Assembly (NCBI GenBank): GCA_964016885.1
Contig: OZ024746.1
Coordinates: 3,410,001-3,474,000 of the forward strand
Length of the DNA: 64,000 nucleotides
Origin: Eledone cirrhosa
Lineage: Eukaryota
Direction: 5' to 3'
In this document: piece after piece, positions 36,201-50,600 of the stretch
Layout of the letters: every line of letters starts with the position of its first letter
Numbering within the stretch: position 1 is the first letter of the stretch
Made by a program: the position numbers and the translations under genes
Notes under the pieces: model-generated
Told to the model about the DNA's origin: nothing
The model's input: the letters and a program-made list of their open reading frames with translations, nothing else
Database searches by the model: none

Positions 36201-39200
36201 ATTGACTGTCTGATAGTTTAGCAAGAGAAGTAATTGACTGTATGATAGTTTAGCAAGAGAAGTAATTGACTGTCTGATAGTTTAGCAAGAGAAGTAATTG
36301 ACTGTCTGACAGTTTAGCAAGAGAAGTAATTGACTGTCTGATAGTTTAGCAAGAGAAGTAATTGACTGTATGATAGTTTAGCAAGAGAAGTAATTGACTG
36401 TCTGATAGTTTAGCAAGAGAAGTAATTGACTGTATGATAGTTTAGCAAGAGAAGTAATTGACTGTATGATAGTTTAGCAAGAGAAGTAATTGACTGTCTG
36501 ATAGTTTAGCAAGAGAAGTAATTGACTGTCTGACAGTTTAGCAAGAGAAGTAATTGACTGTCTGATAGTTTAGCAAGAGAAGTAATTGACTGTATGATAG
36601 TTTAGCAAGAGAAGTAATTGACTGTCTGATAGTTTAGCAAGAGAAGTAATTGACTGTATGATAGTTTAGCAAGAGAAGTAATTGACTGTCTGACGGTTTA
36701 GCAAGAGAAGTAATTGACTGTATGATAGTTTAGCAAGAGAAGTAATTGACTGTCTGACAGTTTAGCAAGAGAAGTAATTGACTGTCTGACAGTTTAGCAA
36801 GAGAAGTAATTGACTATCTGACAGTTTAGCAAGAGAAGTTATTGACTGTCTGATATTTTAGCAAGAGAAGTAATTGACTGTCTGACAGTTTAGCAAGAGA
36901 AGTAATTGACTGTCTGACAGTTTAGCAAGAGAAGTAATTGACTGTCTGACAGTTTAGCAAGAGAAGTAATTGACTGTCTGATAGTTTAGCAAGAGAAGTA
37001 ATTGACTGTCTGACAGTTTAGCAAGAGAAGTAATTGACTGTCTGATAGTTTAGCAAGAGAAGTAATTGACTGTCTGACAGTTTAGCAAGAGAAGTAATTG
37101 ACTGTCTGATAGTTTAGCAAGAGAAGTAATTGACTGTATGATAGTTTAGCAAGAGAAGTAATTGACTGTCTGATAGTTTAGCAAGAGAAGTAATTGACTG
37201 TATGATAGTTTAGCAAGAGAAGTAATTGACTGTATGATAGTTTAGCAAGAGAAGTAATTGACTGTCTGATAGTTTAGCAAGAGAAGTAATTGACTGTCTG
37301 ACAGTTTAGCAAGAGAAGTAATTGACTGTCTGATAGTTTAGCAAGAGAAGTAATTGACTGTATGATAGTTTAGCAAGAGAAGTAATTGACTGTCTGATAG
37401 TTTAGCAAGAGAAGTAATTGACTGTATGATAGTTTAGCAAGAGAAGTAATTGACTGTCTGACGGTTTAGCAAGAGAAGTAATTGACTGTATGATAGTTTA
37501 GCAAGAGAAGTAATTGACTGTCTGACAGTTTAGCAAGAGAAGTAATTGACTGTCTGACAGTTTAGCAAGAGAAGTAATTGACTGTATGATAGTTTAGCAA
37601 GAGAAGTAATTGACTGTCTGATAGTTTAGCAAGTGAAGTAATTGACTGTCTGATAGTTTAGCAAGAGAAGTAATTGACTGTCTGACAGTTTAGCAAGAGA
37701 AGTAATTGACTGTATGATAGTTTAGCAAGAGAAGTAATTGACTGTCTGACAGTTTAGCAAGAGAAGTAATTGACTGTCTGATAGTTTAGCAAGAGAAGTA
37801 ATTGACTGTCTGATAGTTTAGCAAGAGAAGTAATTGACTGTCTGACAGTTTAGCAAGAGAAGTAATTGACTGTCTGACAGTTTAGCAAGAGAAGTAATTG
37901 ACTGTCTGATAGTTTAGCAAGAGAAGTAATTGACTGTCTGACAGTTTAGCAAGAGAAGTAATTGACTGTCTGATAGTTTAGCAAGAGAAGTAATTGACTG
38001 TCTGATAGTTTAGCAAGAGAAGTAATTGACTGTCTGATAGTTTAGCAAGAGAAGTAATTGACTGTCTGATAGTTTAGCAAGAGAAGTAATTGACTGTCTG
38101 ATAGTTTAGCAAGAGAAGTAATTGACTGTCTGACAGTTTAGCAAGAGAAGTAATCGACTGTCTGACAGTTTAGCAAGAGAAGTAATTGACTGTCTGATAG
38201 TTTAGCAAGAGAAGTAATTGACTCTCTGACAGTTTAGCAAGAGAAGTAATTGACTGTCTGACAGTTTAGCAAGAGAAGTAATTGACTGTCTGACAGTTTA
38301 GCAAGAGAAGTAATTGACTGTCTGACAGTTTAGCAAGAGAAGTAATTGACTGTCTGATAGTTTAGCAAGAGAAGTAATTGACCGTCTGATAGTTTAGCAA
38401 GAGAAGTAATTGACTGTCTGACAGTTTAGCAAGAGAAGTAATTGACTGATTGACAGTTTAGCAAGAGAAGTAATTGACTGTCTGATAGTTTAGCAAGAGA
38501 AGTAATTGACTGTCTGATAGTTTAGCAAGAGAAGTAATTGACTGTCTGACAGTTTAGAAAGAGAAGTAATTGACTGTCTGACAGTTTAGCAAGAGAAGTA
38601 ATTGACTGTCTGATAGTTTAGCAAGAGAAGTAATTGACTGTCTGACAGTTTAGCAAGAGAAGTAATTGACTGTCTGACAGTTTAGCAAGAGAAGTAATTG
38701 ACTGTCTGACAGTTTAGCAAGAGAAGTAATTGACTGTCTGATAGTTTAGCAAGAGAAGTAATTGACTGTCTGATAGTTTAGCAAGAGAAGTAATTGACTG
38801 TCTGATAGTTTAGCAAGAGAAGTAATTGACTGTCTGATAGTTTAGCAAGAGAAGTAATTGACTGTCTGACAGTTTAGCAAGAGAAGTAATTGACTGTCTG
38901 ACAGTTTAGCAAGAGAAGTAATTGTCTGACTGACAGTTTAGCAAGAGAAGTAATTGACTGTCTGACAATTTAGCAAGAGAAGTAATTGACTGTCTGATAG
39001 TTTAGCAAGAGAAGTAATTGACTGTCTGACAGTTTAGCAAGTGAAGTAATTGACTGTATGATAGTTTAGCAAGAGAAGTAATTGACTGTCTGACAATTTA
39101 GCAAGAGAAGTAATTGACTGTCTGATAGTTTAGCAAGAGAAGTAATTGACTGTCTGACAGTTTAGCAAGAGAAGTAATTGACTGTCTGACAATTTAGCAA

Positions 39201-40320
39201 GAGAAGTAATTGACTGTATGATAGTTTATCAAGATAAGTAATTGACTGTCTGACAGTTTAGCAAGAGAAGTAATTGACTGTCTGACAATTTAGCAAGAGA
39301 AGTAATTGACTGTCTGATAGTTTATCAAGAGAAGTAATTGACTGTCTGATAGTTTATCAAGAGAAGTAATTGACTGTCTGACAGTTTAGCAAGAGAAGTA
39401 ATTGACTGTCTGATAGTTTATCAAGAGAAGTAATTGACTGTCTGACAGTTTAGCAAGAGAAGTAATTGACTGTCTGACAGTTTAGCAAGAGAAGTAATTG
39501 ACTGTCTGACAGTTTAGCAAGAGAAGTAATTGACTGTATGATAGTTTAGCAAGAGAAGTAATTGACTGTCTGACAGTTTAGCAAGAGAAGTAATTGACTG
39601 TCTGATAGTTTAGCAAGAGAAGTAATTGACTGTCTGATAGTTTAGCAAGAGAAGTAATTGACTGTCTGACAGTTTAGCAAGAGAAGTAATTGACTGTCTG
39701 ATAGTTTAGCAAGAGAAGTAATTGACTGTCTGACAGTTTAGCAAGAGAAGTAATTGACTGTCTGACAGTTTAGCAAGAGAAGTAATTGACTGTCTGACAG
39801 TTTAGCAAGAAAAGTAATTGACTGTCTGATAGTTTAGCAAGAGAAGTAATTGACTGTCTGACAGTTTAGCAAGAAAAGTAATTGACTGTCTGATAGTTTA
39901 GCAAGAGAAGTAATTGACTGTCTGACAGTTTAGCAAGAGAAGTAATTGACTGTCTGACAGTTTAGCAAGAGAAGTAATTGACTGTCTGACAGTTTAGCAA
40001 GAGAAGTAATTGACTAAACTGATAGTTTAGCAAGAGAAGTAATTGACTGTATGATAGTTTAGCAAGAGAAGTAATTGACTGTCTGACAGTTTAGCAAGAG
40101 AAGTAATTGACTGTCTGATAGTTTAGCAAGAGAAGTAATTGACTGTCTGATAGTTTAGCAAGAGAAGTAATTGACTGTCTGATAGTTTAGCAAGAGAAGT
40201 AATTGACTGTCTGACAGTTTAGCAAGAGAAGTAATTGACTGTCTGACAGTTTAGCAAGAGAAGTAATTGACTGTCTGATAGTTTAGCAAGAGAAGTAATT
40301 GACTGTCTGATAGAAGTACT
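27220..40320. repeat. 32-bp satellite array, ~13.1 kb, ~410 copies, with higher-order blocks
   Basis: Unit agtttagcaagagaagtaattgactgtctga(c/t); no ORFs in the track across it. Confidence 0.98.
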
Positions 40321-40332
40321 TGACTGACTTTC

Positions 40333-40750
40333 AGTCTAGGAAGGGGACTGTATGTCTGGCAGGTGTACTGACAGCCTAGGAAGGGTACTATATGTCTGGC
40401 AGGTGTACTGACAGTCTAGGAAGAGGACTGTATGTTTGACAGGTATACTGACAATCTAGGAAGGGGACTGTATGTCTGGCAGGTGTACTGACAGTCTAGG
40501 AAGGGGACTGTATGTCTGGCAGATGTACTGACAGTCTAGGAAGGTGACTGTATGTCTGGCAGATGTACTGACAGTCTAGGAAGGGGACTGTATGTCTGGC
40601 AGAGGGACTGACAGTCTAGGAATGGGACTGTATGTCTGGCAGATGTACTGACAGTCTAGGGAGGAGACTGTATGTCTGCTAGAGGGACTGACAGTCTAGT
40701 AAGGGGACTGTATTTCTGGTAGAGGGACTGACAGTCTAGGAAGGGACTGC
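40333..40750. repeat. 40-bp tandem array, ~10 copies
   Basis: Unit agtctaggaaggggactgtatgtctggcagatgtactgac, e.g. at 40493 and 40533. Confidence 0.95.
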
Positions 40751-41464
40751 ATCTCTATCTAATTTTGATCCTCATATTTTCTCTAATTTTGAATGTGTTA
40801 ATAAATCTACCTCTCTTTAAGCATAAAAAAAACTAGGAATGAAATACACTGTCCATGATTTTATGTATTTGGAAGGATTAAGTAAAATAACTCTCTTATT
40901 ATATAAGCTGGTGTTTTGAACATAACTTGAGGTTCTTACATAAAACTATGATGGAATATTTTAAAATAAATATATACACATAAAAATAAAGAAATTTGTA
41001 TTGTAGAACGAGGAGCTGTTTGGTATGAAAGGGTTAATGATAAAATAGATTTGTAGTATTTGAATGTGAATGATGCATGGCTTTAGCCTAACACAGCAGC
41101 ACTGAGTATGATTAAATCACACTATTATTTATTTGACTCAATATTTACACATGTATTCAAATACTTGCTTTGTGTTTTATTTATTATCAATATATTCTTA
41201 TTAATAATTTTCTGTTGTATTTCTCAAATTTTGTTTGAGAATCAGAAGAGTAAAACATTCAGAAAATTTGAAGGTTTCATCTTTAATAAATATTTTTTAC
41301 CCTCTTCTTTCAGTATTGAGTACTCTTTTTCATTCTTGTTTACACTGAAGCATTTCCATTCAAATGTTCACATACACACATATAATATATATACACACAC
41401 ATACAAAACAAATTATATATATATATATATATACACACACATACAAAATGAATTATATATGAGT

Positions 41465-42006
41465 AGGTAGACCCAGAAAAACCTGGGACGATCTAATAAC
41501 TTCCGACCTTACACACTTGCACCTCTCTAAGACAATGTCACTGGACCGAGATCTTTGGAGCTACGCAGTAATACAGAAGACCCGCCTTGCCTATGTACAA
41601 AGCAAAACCTACAGTCAGTAGGCACCTCTTAACCAAATGTACACCCCAATCCACTACCCCTACCCTATCCTCCCACTTCCACCAACACCACTCTCTCTCT
41701 GTAAAGTTGGTACCACAACATCCAGGCCAAATAAATGAGATAATGAGATCGAGATTGTGTAGGTGTCACGACAAAAAACACACAATCCACGCTGTAATGT
41801 GGCCGTGTAGGTAACACGGTAAAAAGTTCCCAGTTCCACACTGTAAATGTGATTGGGGTTAGGAAGGGCATCCAGCCGTAGAAAACCTGCCAGATAGTCC
41901 TATATGAGCGAGACACGGTCACCCAACCAACCTTGACTCAAATTGGGATAACTCCCGTCTAACCCATGCTAGCGTGGAAAATGGACGTTAAACGATGATG
42001 ATGATG
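41465..42006 (+). mobile_element. 5'-truncated RTE LINE (ORF end GRPRKTW plus 3'UTR and (GAT)n)
   Basis: Reverse complement of 7615-8108. Confidence 0.92.
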
Positions 42007-42269
42007 ATATACACGTACAAAACAAATTATATATATATATACACATACAAAACTAATTATTTATATCATCATCATCATATATATATCACATACAAAACAT
42101 TATTTATATATATATATCTCTCTCTATATATATACACACACATGCATACAAAACGAATTATATATATTTATTTATTGTTATAATAAAATGTAGTTTGCTT
42201 GAAGCATTCTATATAATATATAATTTGGAAAGTGATATATGTAAGAAGGCTAAACAATGCAAAATAGAT

Positions 42270-42512
42270 GGTAAGATGAAGGCAACAAAAAAGATAGTTA
42301 CCTGGTAAGATGAAGGCAACAAAAAAGATAGTTACCTGGTAAGATGAAGGCAACAAAAAAGATAGTTACCTGGTAAGATGAAGGCAACAAAAAAGGTAGT
42401 TACCTGGTAAGATGAAGGTAACAAAAAAGGTAGTTACCTGGTAAGATGAAGGCAACAAAAAAGGTAGTTACCTGGTAAGATAAAGGTAACAAAACAGTTA
42501 GTTACCTGGTAA
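42270..42512. repeat. 34-bp tandem repeat x7
   Basis: Unit ggtaagatgaaggcaacaaaaaa(g)atagttacct, starting at 42270, 42304... Confidence 0.95.
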
Positions 42513-43986
42513 TGTTTGTTTTTTTGTTGTTTCTTTCATCCTAATATTTTGGAACTTAAAATTCCCTTTATCAGAGTATCAGGAACTCTGAGAAAAACGT
42601 TCATCTATTCACTTTGAAGTTAGATTTAAATTTAAAATTTATAAATTACTTTCAACACGACTATCCCCAAATATAACTGTATCAGTTTCAACACATGATT
42701 TCATATCAAGAATCTTGCAAAACAAATATATGTATGTGTGTGTGTCATCATCATCATCATCATCATCATCATAATTTTACATCTGCTTTTCCCTGCTTGC
42801 AAGGGTGGGATGGGTCCTATTCAGCACAGCATCTCTTCACTTGTCATGGTCTTTCGTCAGTATTGTAATGTGTGTATGTGTATATACGCACACACACACA
42901 TATAAGAATGAATTTAGAAAAGGCCTAATGAAGTTATTTAATGAAGTATGCATATTATAGTTAATTTTTAAGATACTACCTTGAACCTTAATACGAATAG
43001 CTCTAGATAAATACATTTAATTATTACAATGCAGCTCTTATGAACAACAAATTCTCTGGGACAATACATTAGATGCTGGAATTTGATATCCCAAAGCATA
43101 GGAGCAGAAAACACAGAATATTTTTGTATAATCCTGAATTCAAGCAAAAGAATTACATAATTTAATTTTGACTCATTTCCCTGTGTGCCACAGGCCCCGT
43201 AAAATCTTCAATAGGAATGTTGTAATATCGTTAAAGTTAGCTGTTCTGCATGTAAAATATTGGCAAATTCCATGGCTTACCAGGACAACCAATTGCAATT
43301 CAAATCCCAATAATTCTCTAGCTGATAATTGACCACTTGCTAGTAGTTGCTTGGTGAAATTTGTAGTATACAGTGTTAACACTACCTGGAAGTCTTACAT
43401 TGGGCTGAATGAACATAATTTTAAGATACAAAGTTTTCAGCACACACATTCCTTTGTCAATCCTGTTGTATGTTTTGTATCTGTTTTGTCAAGATATATT
43501 TGGTTTCTTTGAGAGATGATCCAACATACATATCACACACAACAGTAGCTTCATGGTAGGTGTCAGTCTAGGCTCTGTTGCCACTTGTGCCTAACTGAAA
43601 AGATGCATATCTTGTATCAAGATTCTCATTGTTTGAATTTAAGATTGCAATTTTTCATGTCATGCAAACAAGCTCCTAAATATCTTTTTGTTCATTATAA
43701 GCCACCTCGGTTAACTTTGCCTTTCATCCTTACTGGGTCGATAAAATAAAGTACCAGTAATGTACTGGATAATTGCTGGCCTTGTGCCTAAAGTAGAAAC
43801 AATTATAAGCCACCTTAATGTATAATACCTATTTTAATTCTGATTGAACATTGCAACTGTGAGGCTTTACATCCACTTTTGTTATTTTCTTTCTTTTATT
43901 TTTATGAAGAACTCCGGTTGTATTAGCGTAGATTATGTAACATAAAGTAGCCAGAAGTAAACTTCCAGAAACTTAAAGGATTACAT

Positions 43987-45140
43987 AATGGAGTTGTGAA
44001 ACAAAACTATATTCTAAACGACACTTAAAACATTTTAAACATCAAAATATTAAAACTTCATTAATATATTTTATACTCATGAGAATTTCAAAACCACGTC
44101 GTCTAAACAATGTGTTGATTAGCTTCTTTGACTTAGAAAGAGGGTTTGGAGTTTTGCCCATTTCTCAGACATCGAATAGATGGTTGACTTATATTTGAAT
44201 ATATATGGTAACCATAACCTTAAAATCTGAACCCTAACCATAAACTCAACAGTAAAATCAATCGATAAAGCTTAAATCATAACCCGAAACCCTATATGCT
44301 GCCATGGAGTTGCGGCTCCTTGTATTCAGACATGAATAGGATAAATTATAGAAATACCATCTGAAACCTACCACATTTACTTTTTTAGAAGCTGAGAAAT
44401 ATGTGACAAAAAAAAAAAAATCAATGGCCAAATGGGGTGTCAGCTTATATTTGAGGTCAATATGTTGCTGATTTTCACCAACTTCAAATTCTATATAAGG
44501 TGCTAAAATATCTGGAGTGATTATTTTACAATGAAACAATGTTTTTTTTTTTTTAGATTTTTTACATTTACTATATCGTCGTTGGTGTTATTTATACATT
44601 CCCCTGAAATATTTCCTACAATTTTTTATAATTTGAACTTTTTAATACATAAATATCCCCTACACATACATAATGGTGTACTGACTGTTTTCCTCTGTGA
44701 CTTATACGTTTTCTTTCAATCTTACTTCTGTCTTGTACTTTATTGTTGATTCTCTGTCACTTTCTCTTGTTCTCTCCTCTCTCACCCTCTCCTCCTACTC
44801 TCAATTCTTATACAATGTTCTCTTGATCTCTTTCTTTCCGCTATTCATTATATCCCCTTACACATAGTTTTGATCTCTCCGTGTAGCCGGAATTAAACAA
44901 AAATTCTTGTTGAAGCTTTATAAACAGATAAAAAATCAATATGTAATGGAGTTGTGAAACAAAAACTATAAACTAAATGTCACTTAAAACAATTTAAATA
45001 ACAAAATTTTAAAACTTTATAAATATATTTTATACTCATGAGAATTTCAAAACCATGCAACCACGCCATCTAAACATAATGTATTGATTAGCTGCCTTGA
45101 CTTTTAAACAGGGTTTGAATTTTTGCCCATTTCTCAAACA
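43987..45140 (+). repeat. Diverged ~185-bp direct duplication (43987-44170 and 44945-45140)
   Basis: taatggagttgtgaaacaaaa...ctcatgagaatttcaaaacca...tttgcccatttctca occurs twice. Confidence 0.85.
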
Positions 45141-46311
45141 AAATCTGAGTGGGGAGATTATATTTGGATTGGCTTATATTAGAGTATATATTGTGTATTG
45201 TTCAATACAGGCGCAAGCATAGTTCTGTAGTTATGAAGGATATTTCACAGCTACGGGGTTTTAGATTTGTTACAGTGTCTTCTACTGTAGCCTATGGTTG
45301 ATCAATAACTTGTAAGTAAAATTTTGAATATAGTGTGCGTGTGTATGTTTGTAAATATGGTACCAGGAAAAAAATTAGTAAAAACTAGGTAGGATGAGGT
45401 GGACAGAAGAAGAATTTATTGTGTAATCTATGTTTAACATATGTTTCTGCACAATTACGTAACAGTCTACATCTGCTGACTACATTATATAATGTTCATT
45501 CATATGCATTATATATCTGGAATTGCACTTCATCAGAAAGAGAATTATCAGGGAAAAAGTTGGTTATATTCTTATTTGTGAGTTCCACATCCCCCCTCTC
45601 TCTCTACATATATATCCTCATTTAACATCCATTTTTCCTGCTAACAAGGGTTGAACATCTCATAATAGACCCAAGCAGAGTCTCTGATCTCCAGGTAGGC
45701 CAAGGGTCTAACATACGATCCTGTACTCTACCAATTGCATTTTATCATGGCATCACCACTAGGGAAGTTGTCATCTCTTTGACACAGCTGTAGTATTTCC
45801 AATCTCTTCTTGGCAGGCTTATTATGACTAGATGCCCTTCCTATAACCAACCACTTTACAAAGTATACTGGATGTGTTTATGATCTAGATCACCAGCGCT
45901 AAAGTGGTTGTCATGTGTTTGTGAGTGTGTGTATGCTTGTGTGTACTTGTTTTTGTCCCTTTACATAGTGGTTCATCCAATAGAGATCAATAAAATAAGT
46001 ACCAGATTGATATTGGTATATGTATTGGGATTGATATGATCGATGAAATTCTTATAAACTCCCAACAGACTGCAAACCAGTTGAATGATGGAAACCATGA
46101 AAAGATTGGAACCGCTTTTTATTGTTACTGCTCTTTGTTCATGAATGAAATGAAAATTGACAATAAATTGATAGTAATCTAAAACAAAAATATATAAAAT
46201 ATCATTCTGTGTGGGTGTATGTGTCAGTGTTTTTGTTGGTTTTTTGTGATCATGTTCATTCTCCATTAATAGTTGCTAATGGCATTCCTTTTTATTGAGT
46301 AATAAATAGAC

Positions 46312-46630
46312 TGACAGACAGATGAATAGTTAGTGGTATACTGATAGACAGACAGATGAATAGTTAGTGGTATACTGATAGACAGACAGATGAATAGTTA
46401 GTGGTATACTGATAGACAGACAGATGAATAGTTAGTGGTATACTGATAGACAGACAGATGAATAGTTAGTGGTATACTGATAGACAGACAGATGAATAGT
46501 TAGTGGTATACTGATAGACAGACAGATGAATAGTTAGTGGTATACTGATAGACAGACAGATGAATAGTTAGTGGTATACTGATAGACAGACAGATGAATA
46601 GTTAGTGGTATACTGATAGACAGACAGATG
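46312..46630. repeat. 34-bp tandem repeat, ~9.5 near-perfect copies
   Basis: Unit gatgaatagttagtggtatactgatagacagaca. Confidence 0.96.
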
Positions 46631-46907
46631 GTCATACAAACATGTATATGTTGTTCACCCAGATTTAGAACTGGATTCAGTTATCTTTGTGCATGTGTTG
46701 CCAGAAACTAAGCAAGGCTTACATTCTTTTAAATATCATATACATTATATATATATATATATAATGAATACAAAGACCAACTTCCAAAGAGACCTCGATA
46801 AAGGTTGTATATAAATATATATAAACCTGTAGAGCAAATATTTCAGATGATCCCGCTTAGGGTGAAAGTAGAAATTCTTTGCTTAAACTTTTAATCTGTA
46901 CTAATAA

Positions 46908-46952
<45 letters not shown>

Positions 46953-47479
46953 ATATTATCACCATTATTGTCACTGTTGTATGTCTATTTTTTTATGCAT
47001 GGCTGGCTCAGACAGTTTGTCACATTCTGTGACTAGACAGGTCAGATGACTGTTTTGCTCATATGTTCCATTTTAGCATGGTTTCTATGGCTGGATGCCC
47101 TTCTTTACACTAATCACTTCATAGTGTCTACCAGGTTTGTTTTCTCATGGCAGCACCACTACCATCTGACAGGATGGACTGGGTGCTTTTTTTTCATGAT
47201 ACCTGCAATGCCACTTTACAATATAAATCAAATGTAATGAAACACGTGGGAATTGAGTGGTGGGTTAAAGGGGAGTGTCAGTGAAAGGAAAGTTGTATGC
47301 TACATGTGTGAGAAGTGTCATGATATATGGGAGTTTGAGAGATATGGGTGATGAATGTAGAGCAGCAAAGGAGGCTGGAAAGAATGGAAATGAGAATGGT
47401 CCAGTTGAGTAGAGTATCACTGAGAGAGAAAGGAAGGTAATGAATGAGAGAGGATGATGAAAATAGAACCAGTGGTGTA

Positions 47480-47690
47480 TAGTATGAAGAGAAATGGAAT
47501 GAGATGTTTAGGTCACGTGTTGAAGGATGAAAGTGATTGAGAGGAGTAATGGAAATGAATATGGAAAGGAGTCGAAGAAGGGGAAGACCAAGAAAAACAT
47601 GGCTAAAGATGATGGAGGAGAAACTGAAAGCTAGGAGCTTGATGAGTTGGGTGCAGATGATAAGGATGATAACCTGCTTTCACAGAGAAG
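47480..47690 (+). mobile_element. Old RTE LINE C-terminal fragment
   Basis: MRCLGHVLK...RRRGRPRKTW remnant. Confidence 0.7.
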
Positions 47691-50600
47691 ATAGCTTTAA
47701 CTCTTTCATCACCATATTTCTAATGAAATACTTTATTTTAATTAATTAATAAAGAATTTTGAGGGATTTACTAAAATTATTATTTCATTACTTAGTAACT
47801 TAATGGAAGCTTCTTAGATAGATTTATGTTGGAAGATTTTAATTTAAATTGGAAACTTTTAAAATCAGTGGTTTTATTTTATAGTACCAGAGCTAGTTAT
47901 GGCTGGATTAGTAAATAAAGGGTTAAAACATTTGTGTTACAACTGAACAGAACAACATTAGACCCTGTATAAGCTGATCTATCATTTTCTCAAACCTTTT
48001 GGTCATTTAAAAATCATTAGCAGCATCATCATCATCATCATGATCCTATCTTCATGATTATTGCAATCCTTTTCTCTGTTACAACTACATCAATGTGTTG
48101 TTGTTTAAACCCCCCCCCCCCCCATATCAGATCAGCCATACACATCATTTAAAAGCATTGACTTTTTCTATATTTAGGACAACTATATTGTCGAACATGT
48201 TCATCCTATTTCAATATGGTAAGGTACAACATGAGGGAGATGTTGTTCCTGTTTTTAGCAGGTTTAACAGCTACATTGAGGTTTCCTTGATGGCCTGCAA
48301 CTTCATACCTAAAACACCTGCAGGCAAGAAGTCTTTTTTTCTTCTAACATGATTTTCTTTTACATTACTACTGAAGCTATCAGGACCAAATTTATTGTCT
48401 TAACAAATGTTAAATGATGATGATAGTGATGAACTTGGATTAAAATGTTTACATTTGGCAAATATATAGTTAAATACAGGCTACATATGATTTACAGACA
48501 GAAAAACATATATATGGTGGCTGACAGATGTTTTCTTTTGTCAGCATTGTCTATCAAAGGTGTGAGGGTGACATGTTCTTTACTAAGTACTTTCATCTTC
48601 CTCAACACACTTTTAATATTGACTGCAGATAAGTCATCTATCTTACCTACCCCCCCCCCCCTCTCTGTATATATATCATCATCATTGTTTTTACATCCAC
48701 TTTTCATGCTTGCATGTATATCTATCTATCTATATATACATACAAACACACACATATCTATACTATAATTGATCTGCTCATCTGCCTCTCCATTGGCTTA
48801 TTTACCTATATATCAGCTTACCTGTCTGTCGATATATATGTGTGAAGTGATGTTTTATTTGTGTAATGTGGCTAAGGGACATTATTTTGTAAACATACAT
48901 ATGCATGCATTGCCACTTCCAGAAATTCTTTAACTGACCTACACTGGATGCTGTGTATGTGAATCTCCCCATTCCTTTCCTTTCTCCCTTGCTGTTTCTT
49001 GTCTTTACAGCTTGCATGTCTTTGTGGCATATCAAGCCGATGTTTGGTAAATTGCATGAGAAAAAAATGTCTATTGAAGCCTGATGTAATGTGGTCATTC
49101 TGGATGACAGACTTTTTAATTAAGGGTTCTGGGTAGTAGGTTTGTGTCAAACAAATCTTTTCCCTCACAGTAGACATCCAGGGAATAGCATCTGTATACA
49201 TTACAGTGTAATGTATAATTTATAATTGGTGATAGGTATACTGTTGCTGAGCTATAACAATTTGAAGCTAGAGGAAAGATATTTTTTTCCAATGAAATAT
49301 CTCCTAAACTAGCTTGATATGAGATCCTGTTTCATCACTGGCCAATGTCATGCCTGGAACAGAACGCCAGGCAATTCTACATCTTTGATCTCTATTACTC
49401 TATTGTGTGTTCCAGTTGACAGGCTAAGGCCATGATGGGGCACTGACACTTTGGATCAACTGAGGCAGTATAGAATAAAAATTCCTTAGAAACTCAACAA
49501 AAAACCCAAATTGTATTTGAATTCTGGGTCCATAGGCAAGTAGTTAATAATGGTGTTTATTTTAGGCAGAGGGCCATCAATTTTGAGGGGAATGGAAAGT
49601 CAATTATATTGTACTTGACCAGTATTTTATCGAACCTGGAAGGATGAAATGCAAAGTTTACCTTGGTGGGTGGAAGGGATTTGAACTCAGAGCGCAAAGT
49701 ACTGGAATGAATACTTTCAAGTATTAAATCTGACGATCTAACTACTCTGCCAATCTAACTACTCTGCCAATCTACTACCCTGAAGCAGGTACACTTGGGT
49801 CACGAATAACAGCCCCCCCCCCCACACACACACACACCACCACCCGGTTTATTAATTTTTGCTAATCTAACTCCGTCAAAATTTTATTTTAAGTGGTAGC
49901 ATTCCTGCGACAATTAATTTTCTTCAGACATTAAAAAACATACATGACAAAAAAAGTACATTATTAGAAATCCCATATGTTATAAAATAAATAGGATGGG
50001 TTGGGGGTCTCAATATGTAAACTAAACGACTAATTCTGTTTTTTTTTTTTTTTTAAATCAATGTAAATAACCTAGAAAAATTACCAAAGTCTACCCTTCA
50101 CTATTCACTTCCTCTGTTTTCATTATTTCATTTGTCTCTTTCCTCTTGTTTATTATGTGAAATATTTATGTAAATAAATTCTATTGATGTTTAAAAGACT
50201 CCCTACATTCAACAATCTTCAGTTATAGTTTAACAACCCAGATTACAAATTTACAGTGACTTTTTTTAAAAAATTAGTTAGCCTGTTGAGTGGAATGAGG
50301 TCCATAGACAGTAGGAAAATGGAATAATTGGGCAAGGTTGTTGTTGTAAAATTCAGAATGTGAGGGAAAAGATATTGTTTCCCAAACCAGTCCTGGTCAA
50401 GCTGGCTTATGGTAAAATCATTTCCTGTTATGACCATCTTATCATTTTTGATCATCTTGTTAGATTATCAACACCTCTTCAAATTAAGCTGTATTTTTTC
50501 TCCTTCCATCATCTGTATTAATTTCCAATGTAAAGTATAATATTCACTGATCTAGGACTATACCATCCAATGTGTTCCTCCATTTTAAAGATAATAACAT

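Noticed and set aside
25190-40750. CRISPR-like regular repeats
   Set aside because: Head-to-tail units with no unique spacers, no cas genes, and eukaryotic context.
43160-49330. Short ORFs and coding-like patches (43.2-43.7 kb, 48.8-49.3 kb)
   Set aside because: No recognisable motifs or consistent splice structure; probably old TE debris, which I cannot classify by eye.
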